A DNA stretch of 64,000 nt from contig CAYQAU010000003.1 of assembly GCA_964415545.1 (NCBI GenBank), positions 82,427 through 146,426 of the forward strand, in the 5' to 3' direction. Each line of letters begins with the position of its first letter. The first letter of the stretch is position 1. Made by a program: the position numbers and the translations under genes. The notes below the pieces were generated by a model. It saw only the letters and a program-made list of their open reading frames with translations. It was not told the origin of the DNA and did not search any database. Shown here piece by piece: positions 31,287 through 41,616 of this stretch. The DNA comes from an uncultured Elusimicrobium sp. (GTDB taxonomy: Bacteria; Elusimicrobiota; Elusimicrobia; Elusimicrobiales; Elusimicrobiaceae).

Positions 31287-33479
31287 TTATTCGTTGATAA
31301 GTATATTGATTAGATCTAACGTATTATCAACATCAATAAAATTGTTGGCGAATTCCAATATTTTTAGATTTTCTGATAAAAAACGAGTGTATTTTTCTTC
31401 CGGTTTTATTGGGAATTTGCTAGCTAGTTCTAAACCTGATGGCGGATTGGCAATTAGTGACTCAAAACGCTTTTTTATTTCTTCACTATTTGTGTTTTTA
31501 AAAATTATTCCTATTCCTACATTTTCAGCATCTTCAAAATATGTGTAATACTTAGCTAAACCCCATAAGGTAGTGTTTATTTTAGAGCTTGTCCAGGTAA
31601 ACAATATAACATCTGCTCCATTTGTTATAAAAGTATTGTCTGCAATATTCAGTTCTTTGGCTAAGCATCTGGCTTCGGAAAGCATTTCTTTTGCTTTAGT
31701 GTCTAAATAGGCTGGTATGTGGCCAGAAATTAAAATTTCTTTCATCTTGTGTCTTATGTTTTCATGGACATCACTTCCAAGTTCGGACTCATATCTAAGT
31801 AGATTTCTGCCTCTTGCCGGTTCTACCAGTAATTCTTTTTGCTCTGGATATATCTCAACAATTTCCCATCGTTTTGCCGCTAAAACTAAAAAACTACCAA
31901 CGTTTAGTGCAGCATTTATGCTTACTTTACCTATTGAGCGGCCATTGTGGATGACATTCATTTCTTCCGGCACTTTAAAAGCAGAATAAAAGTCATAAAA
32001 ACGTACAGTTTTCTCGCCTTTTAATCCTAAAATCAAGTCGCCTTCAGGGGTTTGTTCTATAATATCTTCTCGCCCCAACGATTTTAAGACATCTAAGAAT
32101 ACAGACTTATCTATATGCCTGAATGCGCCTTTTTCTATAATGATATTGAAGAGCTCTTTGGTATTGATCCCGCCTTTTTCAGCTATAACGCTCATAATCT
32201 GGTGCATCATAGTAGATAAATTCATTTTGTTTGAAGAGAGCGGCTCGTACCAGCCTTCCAGCATTAATTCAAATGCGGCAATGGTTTGAAGCAACTCCGG
32301 GAACAAATTGGCAGTAATATTTGATTTGTCTTTGGGGGTATTTTCTTCCACAAAAGCAATTAAAGTTGATGAGGTGCCGTCTCTGCGCCCGCTGCGGCCT
32401 ATTCTTTGCGCTAAAGAGCTTACGGACCACGGGCAACCTATTTGGCCCACCAGCTCCACATTTCCAACGTCAATGCCAAGTTCCAGCGTGCTGGAGCAAA
32501 AAGTAGCTGCCGGCATATTTGATTTTAGCGCTTCTTCGGTTGATTCTCTTTCAATACGTGATAAAGACCCATGATGAATTCTAAATAGATTAGGCGCTTT
32601 TTTCCTTTCTAATAGGCGTGCGGTAAAATCCGCATAATCTTCAAGCCTTGTTTTATTATCGGCAAAAATTAAAGCTGTTTTACCGTAAAATTTGGCTATG
32701 ATATCTTCTGCCAGGTCCTGACTCTTTTTTGTGAATAAATCTCCTTCAGACTCTTCACTTTCTTTATCGTCAAGCGGTTTCAAATACCCTTTTAATAAAA
32801 GCTGTATATTTTTTGCATCTGAGCCTTTGATAATTTCAACATTTTCCGGACTATCTGCGGTAAGCCAGGCAGAGGGGGAATAAATGTCCTCCCCAAAAGT
32901 AGCTGAAAGGCCTATTTTAACAACATCTTTTTTTGTTATTCTCAAAACCCTTGAAAGCAGGCTTTGCAAGTGGATGCCCCTTTCTGTATTCATAAAAGCG
33001 TGCATTTCATCAATGACAATAGAAGAAAGATTTTTAAATAGGTCATTAAGTTGAGATGAACGATTTATAAATAAGGATTCTAGGGATTCCGGGGTTATTA
33101 GAAGTATGCCGGAAGGTTGCTTTATTAAATTTTTCTTCTTCTCTTGCCCGACATCTCCATGCCACTTATGAACCGGGATATCACTTAGCTCGCAAAGTTC
33201 TTCCAAACGCCTAAATTGGTCATTTATCAATGCTTTTAAAGGGCCGATGTAGAGGGCTTGGATACCTTTTTCTTCTAAATTATCTGATATTTTTGATATT
33301 ATTGGTAGGAAAGCCGCCTCGGTTTTGCCACCGGCAGTTCTGGCTGAAATTATTATATTTTTCTTTCCATCCATTACTGCGTTAATAGCTTTAACCTGAA
33401 TACCTCGCAGTTGTGTCCAGTTCATTTTATATAACTGTTTTTGTATGTTTGGCGATAAACGGTTAAAGGCTGTGGGCAT
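31287..33479 (-). CDS. sngC: Shango SngC-like DEAD/DEAH (Lhr-like) helicase
   Basis: Motif I ARTAGGKTEA, motif II VIDEMH, motif III LSAT, and motif VI QRIGRSGRR. I place the start at ATG 33479, 1 nt after the sngB stop, rather than at the TTG at 33533. Confidence 0.75.
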   Translation of the reverse strand: MPTAFNRLSPNIQKQLYKMNWTQLRGIQVKAINAVMDGKKNIIISARTAGGKTEAAFLPIISKISDNLEEKGIQALYIGPLKALINDQFRRLEELCELSDIPVHKWHGDVGQEKKKNLIKQPSGILLITPESLESLFINRSSQLNDLFKNLSSIVIDEMHAFMNTERGIHLQSLLSRVLRITKKDVVKIGLSATFGEDIYSPSAWLTADSPENVEIIKGSDAKNIQLLLKGYLKPLDDKESEESEGDLFTKKSQDLAEDIIAKFYGKTALIFADNKTRLEDYADFTARLLERKKAPNLFRIHHGSLSRIERESTEEALKSNMPAATFCSSTLELGIDVGNVELVGQIGCPWSVSSLAQRIGRSGRRDGTSSTLIAFVEENTPKDKSNITANLFPELLQTIAAFELMLEGWYEPLSSNKMNLSTMMHQIMSVIAEKGGINTKELFNIIIEKGAFRHIDKSVFLDVLKSLGREDIIEQTPEGDLILGLKGEKTVRFYDFYSAFKVPEEMNVIHNGRSIGKVSINAALNVGSFLVLAAKRWEIVEIYPEQKELLVEPARGRNLLRYESELGSDVHENIRHKMKEILISGHIPAYLDTKAKEMLSEARCLAKELNIADNTFITNGADVILFTWTSSKINTTLWGLAKYYTYFEDAENVGIGIIFKNTNSEEIKKRFESLIANPPSGLELASKFPIKPEEKYTRFLSENLKILEFANNFIDVDNTLDLINILINE

Positions 33480-33480
33480 A

Positions 33481-34791
33481 TTATAATTTGAAGGATACAA
33501 GTTCTTCGTCTTGCGCGGCAGCCGGTTCTTCAAAAATTTCTTCTTTTGTTTGCTCTACTTCTATAGAACCAAGAAGGTCGGTCCATTGAGTACGGGGGTT
33601 TTGTTCTAATACGGAAAGGAACCCGATAAAGCTTTTTGTGGCATCTCTTGGGGTTTGGTAGAAAGATGCGCCAAGCCTGCAAGCACAATGTTTCATGAAT
33701 TCTTCTAGGGCGGTATCAGGAACTAGATATTTTGTTTCATCTCCACCGGCGAAAACTCTTCTAATATTAAAAAGAAGGATATACAAGTCTTCCGGACTAA
33801 GGTTTTCAAGTCTTATTACTGGAGAAGAGAAATCTTTTAAATTACCTATAGCGAAAGTATTGTCTGAAAGGCGCGTGGCTAATGCTTCATAACTTGCCAT
33901 ACCTCTGCGCTTATCATCTAGGAAACTGTCAGTACCGGCAAAGATAAAGCCTATATTTGATACATTACCCTGCAAACAATCGTTAACTATTCTCAAAATC
34001 ATCTCATAATTGGCATTTCTGGATATTGTGTTATTTAATCTGTGTGATAATACGCCCATTTCGTCCAAGCATACTATCATGCCTTTATATCCGGCTAAAG
34101 TTACAAATTTGGCCAATAATTTGAGGTAATTATATATGCTACTGTCATCAATTATACTGCGGACATCCAAATCTTGCCTGGCTTCTGTTTTTGTTGTGTA
34201 TTCTGCCCTAAGCCAGCGCAAAGCATTTGCCAGAAGAAGATCGTCGCCTTTTTGGAATCCTTCATAGTATTTGCCCAAAACGAAAGCAAAGTCATATCCA
34301 CTTACTAAATCCTGTAATGGTTTTAATTCTTCATGAATAGCAGTATTCATATTTTTAGATGAATTTTCTGATTTTAATTTATATTCAAGATTTGAAATCC
34401 AGTTTTCAATAATACTTTGCAATGCGCCACCTTCAGGTTTTGCTTTTGTTGCCATATTAATCATAAGTTCAGTAAACAATGCTCTGGCTTGGCCAGAGGT
34501 GGCTTGCAATCTTCTGTCAATAGTAATGTCAGCAGATACCACAACCATCTTTTTTTCCATGGCTAAGATTTTGGATAAATTTAAGAAAAAACTTTTACCT
34601 GCGCCAAAACGACCGATAATAAAACGGACAAAAGAACTGCCGTATATCACTCTGTCAAAATCTTCCAGTATGGAGGAGACCTCATCTTTTCTTCCAACTT
34701 GTATGTGCTGTAAACCTATTTTGGGGACAACTCCGGCTCTTAAAGATTGTAAAATTGCGTCTCGCTCTCTTCTCTTTATAACTGTACTCAT
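33481..34791 (-). CDS. sngB: Shango SngB-like ATPase (DUF2791 / BrxD-like)
   Basis: The N-terminal RERDAILQSLRAGVVPKIGLQHIQVGRKDE resembles the BrxD/DUF2791 signature. Walker A GRFGAGKS and Walker B MIVCLDEMG are present. ATGA overlap with sngA. Confidence 0.75.
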   Translation of the reverse strand: MSTVIKRRERDAILQSLRAGVVPKIGLQHIQVGRKDEVSSILEDFDRVIYGSSFVRFIIGRFGAGKSFFLNLSKILAMEKKMVVVSADITIDRRLQATSGQARALFTELMINMATKAKPEGGALQSIIENWISNLEYKLKSENSSKNMNTAIHEELKPLQDLVSGYDFAFVLGKYYEGFQKGDDLLLANALRWLRAEYTTKTEARQDLDVRSIIDDSSIYNYLKLLAKFVTLAGYKGMIVCLDEMGVLSHRLNNTISRNANYEMILRIVNDCLQGNVSNIGFIFAGTDSFLDDKRRGMASYEALATRLSDNTFAIGNLKDFSSPVIRLENLSPEDLYILLFNIRRVFAGGDETKYLVPDTALEEFMKHCACRLGASFYQTPRDATKSFIGFLSVLEQNPRTQWTDLLGSIEVEQTKEEIFEEPAAAQDEELVSFKL

Positions 34792-37040
34792 TTGATTTTC
34801 TCCGCTAAGTCTATATTTATAATATATGAATCTTCTTCATGGATAATAAAATCTCCCAGAATTTCATCTGACCATGTGTTAATGGCTTCTATGGTCCCGG
34901 CGGGCATTAAAGAATGTTCTCTAATCAAAGAGTTAAAAGCATCCTTAGTCCATTCATTTTCTTTAATTAAGGTTAATAAAATGGCATGATATCTTTCATC
35001 TAAATCTGATAGTGGGTTGTTTTCCTCATTGGAGACTGCATTTTCCGAAGGAACTTCCTGTTCTACTGCAGCAGGCATAACCTCTGCATCCACATCTATA
35101 TTCTCTGATAGAACCTCAGTTAAAATTTTTGATACTTCTTGTGTTTCACAATGAATTTGCTTAATTTTTTCATAATTTAAAGGTGTAATAGCTGTTGATG
35201 CCATGGCTTCTTTTCTTATTGCTTCAGGGAAGTCTTTTTCTCCTATGCCGATAAATTCAACAGGATTTTCTTTTGCCTCTCTCATTTCAAAAAGCAGCCT
35301 GTAAAGTTTATATTCCTCAATGCCAAGAGTTTTGAAGAGCGTTTGTAAGGCTTTTAATTCTTCTTTATCTAATGAATTGTCTGCTATCATTACACCTACA
35401 ATCATAGCTGCCAATTCTTCTTTTTGGGGCATTGTCAGCTTGGTTTTAAGCTTGCTTACAATTTTTATAGAAGGTGGGTTTAAAAGAAAAATTTCCTTAT
35501 ATGCTTCTAATCTTTTTTTATTTTCTTCATTCATATTAAATTTTTTATCCAGTGCTTCCGCTATATAGTTAGTCTCAGTTTCATCTATTTCTCGATTCAC
35601 AGCTGCAACAGCCATGGAAAGAGCCAAAAAGCGCACCGCAGTCATGTATTCTGCTCCTAAAGACTTTGTAATCTTTAAAGGCTTGCCTTTATAAAAACAT
35701 AAATAATCGTCTATGGTATAGGTGTTGCCGGTAATTCTTATATCGGGAACGGTTAAATATCCAACTTCTTCAGCATTTTGAACAATTTCCAAACTTTCTT
35801 TTTTGGTTAATTTCACATTTTTTATTTCTATATCCAAACCTTCAATAACACTTCCGGCTTTTATTATAGAAAAGTCTTCTTTATGAATGGCGGTATTCAT
35901 AATATCAACCCATTTATCCATATCAGGATGTTGAACTGAGGCTCTTAGGGCTGGGGGAAGTTTTTTATAAGCCTCTTTTGCAGAGAGGTCTTTTCCTTTG
36001 GATAATGTCCTGCTTAGCGGAGTTAATTCCTCTATACAGTCCTCCCATATCTTTATTAAAGGCTTAAAAGTTAGTTGCGAAATTTCGATTATAGGTATGG
36101 AAACAGCTTTTTCTTTTACAATGTAACTGGGAGTGGCCGCGTGATAATGTTTATATCTTTTTGATTTATTTGCTTTTAACTCCAGACCTTGCGGAAACTT
36201 CTCTTCAAATTTTTTGAAAAATAGTTTTTTGAAGTTTTCTCCTACTCTTTCCACCACAACACTTTTCTTAAATGTATAGTCTGACTTGGCATAGAGATAG
36301 GCAAGCTCTTTATTTAAAGGTTTTTGTTGTTTTGCCAATTGTGAAAGTATTATTGGAAATAGAGTAAATGCAATACGATTATGTTTTAAAATATCATCTA
36401 TGTTTACTTCTATAGAATCACGCGCTACTATGTAAGCAAGGAGCTCTGAAGCATAATTTTGAAAAGAACCGGAGGAACTGTATATATTTAAAAGTCTAAG
36501 CAATTCCGATACTATTAATTCAGAATCTTTCTTTTCTACAATAGCCCGTCTTTCCAATCCGTAGAAATATATAAAAACATACCCCATTTCTTCCACAGGA
36601 TCTTGCTTGCCATAGTGCAGCCAAGTAAGATATTTTGCCCGCTGATTTGAGGATAATTCGGAATACTCCGGCCAATATCCGATGCGTTCCTTTGTTGCCA
36701 TATCAGCTGAACCTACAGGCAAGGATGTGTTTATACAAGATGGTTCAGATGATTTTGAGTTGGAATAGTATGTTAAAGGGGATGATATTTCATAACTTTT
36801 TACTTTTATCTTTTCACCTTCTGCGGCCCATTTAATGTTGCCTTCACTTTCTCTTTCATACGGTTGGCCATTAACACTAAAAGATATCCTTATGGGAACA
36901 TCCTTGACGTTAACTCTTTTTTGTTGTGTTTGTTCAGGTTCAAACCAGCTGGCCACCCATTTGCAAAATCTAATGAATAGCCATATCGGCAAACCAACCA
37001 CTATTGCCATCCCAAGCAAAACGGATATAATGTCAGCCAT
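34788..37040 (-). CDS. sngA: Shango SngA-like TerB-N / TerB / TerB-C domain protein with N-terminal TM helix
   Basis: 750 aa with a TM helix at the N-terminus. TerB-N-like block: YWPEYSELSSNQRAKYLTWL...YVFIYFYGLERR. Central TerB-like acidic helices: EIDETETNYIAEAL and ADNSLDKEELKALQTLF. The TerB-C-like end reads LDERYHAILLTLI...MPAGTIEAINTWSDEILGDFII. Confidence 0.7.
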   Translation of the reverse strand: MADIISVLLGMAIVVGLPIWLFIRFCKWVASWFEPEQTQQKRVNVKDVPIRISFSVNGQPYERESEGNIKWAAEGEKIKVKSYEISSPLTYYSNSKSSEPSCINTSLPVGSADMATKERIGYWPEYSELSSNQRAKYLTWLHYGKQDPVEEMGYVFIYFYGLERRAIVEKKDSELIVSELLRLLNIYSSSGSFQNYASELLAYIVARDSIEVNIDDILKHNRIAFTLFPIILSQLAKQQKPLNKELAYLYAKSDYTFKKSVVVERVGENFKKLFFKKFEEKFPQGLELKANKSKRYKHYHAATPSYIVKEKAVSIPIIEISQLTFKPLIKIWEDCIEELTPLSRTLSKGKDLSAKEAYKKLPPALRASVQHPDMDKWVDIMNTAIHKEDFSIIKAGSVIEGLDIEIKNVKLTKKESLEIVQNAEEVGYLTVPDIRITGNTYTIDDYLCFYKGKPLKITKSLGAEYMTAVRFLALSMAVAAVNREIDETETNYIAEALDKKFNMNEENKKRLEAYKEIFLLNPPSIKIVSKLKTKLTMPQKEELAAMIVGVMIADNSLDKEELKALQTLFKTLGIEEYKLYRLLFEMREAKENPVEFIGIGEKDFPEAIRKEAMASTAITPLNYEKIKQIHCETQEVSKILTEVLSENIDVDAEVMPAAVEQEVPSENAVSNEENNPLSDLDERYHAILLTLIKENEWTKDAFNSLIREHSLMPAGTIEAINTWSDEILGDFIIHEEDSYIINIDLAEKIK

Positions 37041-37308
37041 TTTAAGTCTCCGTAAATCTTATATAAAATAATTATATCACTTATAAAAATATTCGTATAT
37101 TAAGAGTTTTCCTTTATAAATATTTTTGCCAATCTAACCATTCTCTTTTATATCAATGAAAGCCATAGTACAATTAAATTGTTAAATCTATGCTTTTGGC
37201 GGTGTATCGTAAGTGATACGGATGATATTATTTAACTATAAATAGGATATTATATATAATCAAGTATAGCACTATTTGATTATCTAATAATTAACCGGGA
37301 TAAAATTG

Positions 37309-40300
37309 ATGGAAGACAGCCTGATCAAAAAACTTGAAGAGCGGATAAAGAATTGGAAGCAATCTCTCTTAGATATGAGCAAACGCAATAGGCTATTATG
37401 GTATAGGCCATATCAGGCCGGCACTCTCATTCTTTCGGAAAGTATATTTGATAATGCGTGCAACCCTAAAGAACTAATTAAACGCTTGATAACTGATAGC
37501 GCCACGATATCTTTTTCCGCCGAGTTACCTGTTTTACCTGATAAGCCTGATGAACAAGACCCGGATTTTGAATCAAGCAAAATAGCCTATGAGGCTAAAA
37601 AAAAGCTTTTTGATAAAATTAAAACTCGCAACAAAATACTAGAAAATATCCGCAGGACAATTAATAGGGAAAATGATGAAAAAGGCCTTCATATCGGATA
37701 TATTGCTGTCGGCTTTTTGAAGTGGTATGAACGTGAAGATGTTAATACGGAAATAAAGTCGCCACTTATTATGGTGCCTATTCTCTTGGAGCAAGAGAGC
37801 CGTATATCTCCATATTGTATTAGGTTGAACCCCGATGAAGAAATAACAATCAACCCAGTTATTCAAAAAAAATTTGAAGCAGATTTTAACTTGATTTTAG
37901 GCAATAGTGAATATGACTATGCTAATATAGATGATATTTTTGTAAAGATTAATAATGTAATATCAGGTCAAAAAAACTGGGCAGTATTAGAAAATATAAC
38001 ACTTGATACATTTAATTTCCAAAATTTAGCAATTTGGAATGATTTGGATAAAAATATAGATCTTCTTAAAGATAGCACATTTGGGAAATTACTGGTAGGG
38101 GAATCACCTAGAAACTTGGGCCTTGTATATAGTGACAATATAGATCTTAAAGCAATAAAAAGCCAAGATAATCTGTGCGTTTTAGAAACAGACTCTTCAC
38201 AGGTTGAGGCAATGTGCCGTGCTCGCAATGGCGAAAGTTTTGTAATTCAGGGACCGCCTGGTACTGGAAAAAGTCAAACAATTGCCAACATTATTGCCCA
38301 GCAACTCTACCTTGGGAAAAAAGTCTTATTCGTATCTGAAAAACAGGCTGCACTTGATGTCGTTTATCATAAATTATGTCAGGCTGATTTAGCTGATTTC
38401 TGTCTTATTATGCATAATTCTAAGCAGAAGAAATCAGATATTAGGGCGCAAATACAGCATTCATTGGATTTAGCGCAAAACAAACAAAAAGTATCAGAGA
38501 ATGCCTTGAAGGTATATTGCCAGGTTGATACATATCTAAAAAAACTAAATCTATATGACGAAAGCCTTCATGAGAGACATCAAGGCGGAAAGTCTCCATA
38601 TCTAATTATGGCGGAGATTGCCAAACTCAACGATTTGCCACTTATCTCTTTTCATATGCCGGATGGTTTTAACTGGAATTCTGACTATACAGATCTATTT
38701 GACGCAGTTCAAAATTATGGTTTGTCATTTGTAACAGATACACATCATTTTAAAAATGATTGCTGGCAAGATTATATTTTAGATTTTTCCTCCTCTACGC
38801 AACGTGAAGTTAAGGATATATTATGTAGGGAAACTTTAGAATCTTTAACAAGGGCTGCTAAAAAAATAGAAGAACGATATGATGATCAAATCATTTTAAC
38901 GTATATTAAAATACTAGAAAAAATTCCTTTTAAACAAGCTAATACTGATGAGCTTAAAGCAAAAAGGAAAAATATCAATAATATTATTAAAACAATAGCT
39001 TTATTATCTGAAGATATTGCCAATAATAATTTAAAAAGGCGAGAAGAAATTGATAAAAATAAAACGCATGTCTCTGAAAAAGCGCAACAGATTGATTCAC
39101 TAAAACTAGAGGTAAAAGAACATTTTAAAGATTCTTTTTTCACTTTGCCTGATTGTGAGGATATTTATAAAATATTGACCCATAAATTTAACTCTTTTTT
39201 TTCTAGATTCCGTGGTGAGTATAGACAAATTATTCACAAGTTGGATCAATTCACAACGTTTAAATTGAAGTATGCTGACTATGTCATAAATTTAAATAAA
39301 CTAATAGATATTCAAAAGGACTATGCTGATATTGAGGCCATTAATTCAAATTTTAAACAGAATATTTCTCAAATTGATGCTGAAAATGAAAAGCTTAATA
39401 AAAAAATTGAGTATGCTAATGAAAATTTAATTAAAGAAAAGACTTTTGTTTTACAAAAGGTAAAAGAATCATTATCAGCTATTGAAAAACTATTTTCTAA
39501 CTTGGATTTTGATAGGATGCAGGAATATCAAAACTATGTAAGTGCAAGGAATATCATGCTTTGTACTTACAATCTGAATTCATTCATAGAAAAAATTGAA
39601 GATTTAGGACAAAAATTTAAAGCTGACGAAATATTAAATCTATTTAAAAAACGCATATTCTTATTGTATCTGGAACAAACAGAATTTGGAAAGCAATATT
39701 ATAATTACAGCCGAGAACAACACGATAAGGATATAGATACTTTTAGAGAGTATGATAAGCAATCTTTTGAAGTTACACAAGCAAAGATTCGCTGTGATTT
39801 GATATCTAGGCTGCCAAATATTTCTGGTTTTTTAAATGATAAATCAAATGACGAAATTAAGATGCTTAAGCGTGAGCTAAAAAAGAAATCAAGACTCATG
39901 CCTACTAGGGAATTGATTAAAAAATTGCCATCAACTATTCCTTTATTAAAGCCTTGTATGATGATGTCTCCTTTGACGGTATCATCTTATTTTAGTACTA
40001 ATCAGGATTGGAAGTTTGATATAGTGATTTTTGATGAGGCCTCACAAATTAAACCTGAATATGCTATCCCGGCAATTGTACGAGGGAGACAACTTGTTGT
40101 AGCAGGTGACGCTAAGCAGATGCCTCCTTCTAGGTTTTTTGATGTCAGTTCCTATGAGGATGATGAGGGATATGAAGATTCAAATGAAATATATTTAAGT
40201 GATTTGGAATCTATATTAGATGAGATGTCATCCATATTGCCGAATATATCTCTAAACTGGCACTACCGTAGTAAGGATGAAAAACTTATCGCTTTTTCAA

Positions 40301-41274
40301 ATCAAAAATTTTATGACGATAAATTGCGTACTTTCCCTTCAACTTCGCCAAATACTCCTGGTCTTGGCGTTAATTTTATGTATTGTAAAGACGGTGTTTG
40401 GGAAGGCGGCAAAGGAAACAATGCTGAAGCGGAAAATGTTGCCCATATAATTTTCCAGCATATTAAAGACCAACCGAATATAACACTTGGTGTTATTGCC
40501 TTTGGAAAAGCACAAGAAAATGCGATATTAGAAGCTGTTAATAAGCTGCGGGATATGCATCCCGAGTTGGAAAACTTCTTTGATGAAGGAAAATCCGAAC
40601 CATTCTTTATTAAAAATCTAGAAAATGTTCAAGGCGATGAGCGCGATAGAATTATTTTATCCTGCGGGTATGGCAAAGATGCTAAGGGGACATTTGCGAT
40701 GCGTTTTGGTCCTCTAGCTTCATCTGGAGGCGAAAGACGACTAAATGTAGCAATTTCGCGTGCAAAATGTCAGATGACTGTTGTCTCCTCTTTTAGATCA
40801 ATGGATATTAGAGATGTGGAAGGCAATCAAAACCGTAAAATCTTACGTGATTTTCTTTATTATGCTGAAAATGGTACTTTTTTACTTACAGATAAAAGTG
40901 AAAACCAAAATTCTGCCCGATATACACCATATTTTGATTCTAAATTTGAGGAGGATGTTTACACTTTCCTTATCCAAAAAGGATACAAATTGCGTACTCA
41001 GCATGGTGTATCTAAATATAAAATTGATATGGTTGTTTTACATCCTAAAATCAAGGATGTCTTTGTGCTGGCGATTGAATGTGATGGCGCTGCGTATCAC
41101 AGCAGTCGCACAGCACGAGATAGGGATATATTGCGTCAAAATATTCTAGAGAAAATGGGCTGGAAATTTTATAGAATCTGGTCCACAAGCTGGATCTACG
41201 AAAATAAGTCTGAAAAAGAGAAGTTGTTGCAAGCAGTAGATCGCGCCATCAAAGACAATATGGCATCATGCTAG
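37309..41274 (+). CDS. DUF4011-type SF1 (Upf1/DNA2-like) helicase fused to a C-terminal Vsr-fold (DUF559-like) PD-(D/E)xK nuclease
   Basis: N-terminal LLDMSKRNRLLWYRP (DUF4011-like). Walker A GPPGTGKSQT and Walker B VIFDEASQ. Helicase C-terminal blocks: LNWHYRSKDEKLIAFSNQKFY, VQGDERDRIILS and GERRLNVAISRAKCQMTVV. The C-terminal nuclease-like region reads KYKIDMVVLH...VLAIECDGAAYHSSRTARDRDILRQNILEKMGWKFYRIW. Confidence 0.8.
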   Translation: MEDSLIKKLEERIKNWKQSLLDMSKRNRLLWYRPYQAGTLILSESIFDNACNPKELIKRLITDSATISFSAELPVLPDKPDEQDPDFESSKIAYEAKKKLFDKIKTRNKILENIRRTINRENDEKGLHIGYIAVGFLKWYEREDVNTEIKSPLIMVPILLEQESRISPYCIRLNPDEEITINPVIQKKFEADFNLILGNSEYDYANIDDIFVKINNVISGQKNWAVLENITLDTFNFQNLAIWNDLDKNIDLLKDSTFGKLLVGESPRNLGLVYSDNIDLKAIKSQDNLCVLETDSSQVEAMCRARNGESFVIQGPPGTGKSQTIANIIAQQLYLGKKVLFVSEKQAALDVVYHKLCQADLADFCLIMHNSKQKKSDIRAQIQHSLDLAQNKQKVSENALKVYCQVDTYLKKLNLYDESLHERHQGGKSPYLIMAEIAKLNDLPLISFHMPDGFNWNSDYTDLFDAVQNYGLSFVTDTHHFKNDCWQDYILDFSSSTQREVKDILCRETLESLTRAAKKIEERYDDQIILTYIKILEKIPFKQANTDELKAKRKNINNIIKTIALLSEDIANNNLKRREEIDKNKTHVSEKAQQIDSLKLEVKEHFKDSFFTLPDCEDIYKILTHKFNSFFSRFRGEYRQIIHKLDQFTTFKLKYADYVINLNKLIDIQKDYADIEAINSNFKQNISQIDAENEKLNKKIEYANENLIKEKTFVLQKVKESLSAIEKLFSNLDFDRMQEYQNYVSARNIMLCTYNLNSFIEKIEDLGQKFKADEILNLFKKRIFLLYLEQTEFGKQYYNYSREQHDKDIDTFREYDKQSFEVTQAKIRCDLISRLPNISGFLNDKSNDEIKMLKRELKKKSRLMPTRELIKKLPSTIPLLKPCMMMSPLTVSSYFSTNQDWKFDIVIFDEASQIKPEYAIPAIVRGRQLVVAGDAKQMPPSRFFDVSSYEDDEGYEDSNEIYLSDLESILDEMSSILPNISLNWHYRSKDEKLIAFSNQKFYDDKLRTFPSTSPNTPGLGVNFMYCKDGVWEGGKGNNAEAENVAHIIFQHIKDQPNITLGVIAFGKAQENAILEAVNKLRDMHPELENFFDEGKSEPFFIKNLENVQGDERDRIILSCGYGKDAKGTFAMRFGPLASSGGERRLNVAISRAKCQMTVVSSFRSMDIRDVEGNQNRKILRDFLYYAENGTFLLTDKSENQNSARYTPYFDSKFEEDVYTFLIQKGYKLRTQHGVSKYKIDMVVLHPKIKDVFVLAIECDGAAYHSSRTARDRDILRQNILEKMGWKFYRIWSTSWIYENKSEKEKLLQAVDRAIKDNMASC

Positions 41275-41514
41275 AATAAAATAATTGTGATTAAAATATG
41301 CCTAATCAAGATACTGCCGATATATAAGCCAGAAGTTATTTAGGGGAGAATTATATTAATATCTCTTTTTATTGCTAGTTCTATTATTTGAATAAAGATC
41401 AAGATTGTATCCAGTGCGTTTACTGAATTCTTTTGCGGTATTTTTTTATGCAATTACATTATTTGCTCCTTTTGAGAATACATCTAGCTGTAATTATATC
41501 AAGTAGTGATATCT

Positions 41515-41616
41515 GCGAGTTAGCGAAGATAGAGCCTTAGCCTGAAAAGGCTCATATTGCTGTGTAACTATAGCTTCATAAACTCGTGACTCTGAAAATC
41601 ACCGATGAGAACTCGC
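41515..41616 (+). ncRNA. candidate structured RNA (three-way junction) in a 570-nt ORF-free gap
   Basis: P1 is GCGAGTT (41515-21) paired with AACTCGC (41610-16), 7 bp. P2 is GAAGATAG (41525-32) paired with CTAT-ag-CTTC (41568-77), 8 bp. P3 is CTCGTGA (41583-89) paired with TCAC-cgat-GAG (41599-609). Two hairpin loops both contain CTGAAAA. The strand is uncertain. Confidence 0.25.

Noticed and set aside
33480-33533. TTG start at 33533 for the Shango helicase, overlapping sngB by 53 nt.
   Set aside because: The ATG at 33479 lies 1 nt after the sngB stop, and the protein then begins with the conserved region. The TTG extension adds only a basic tail.
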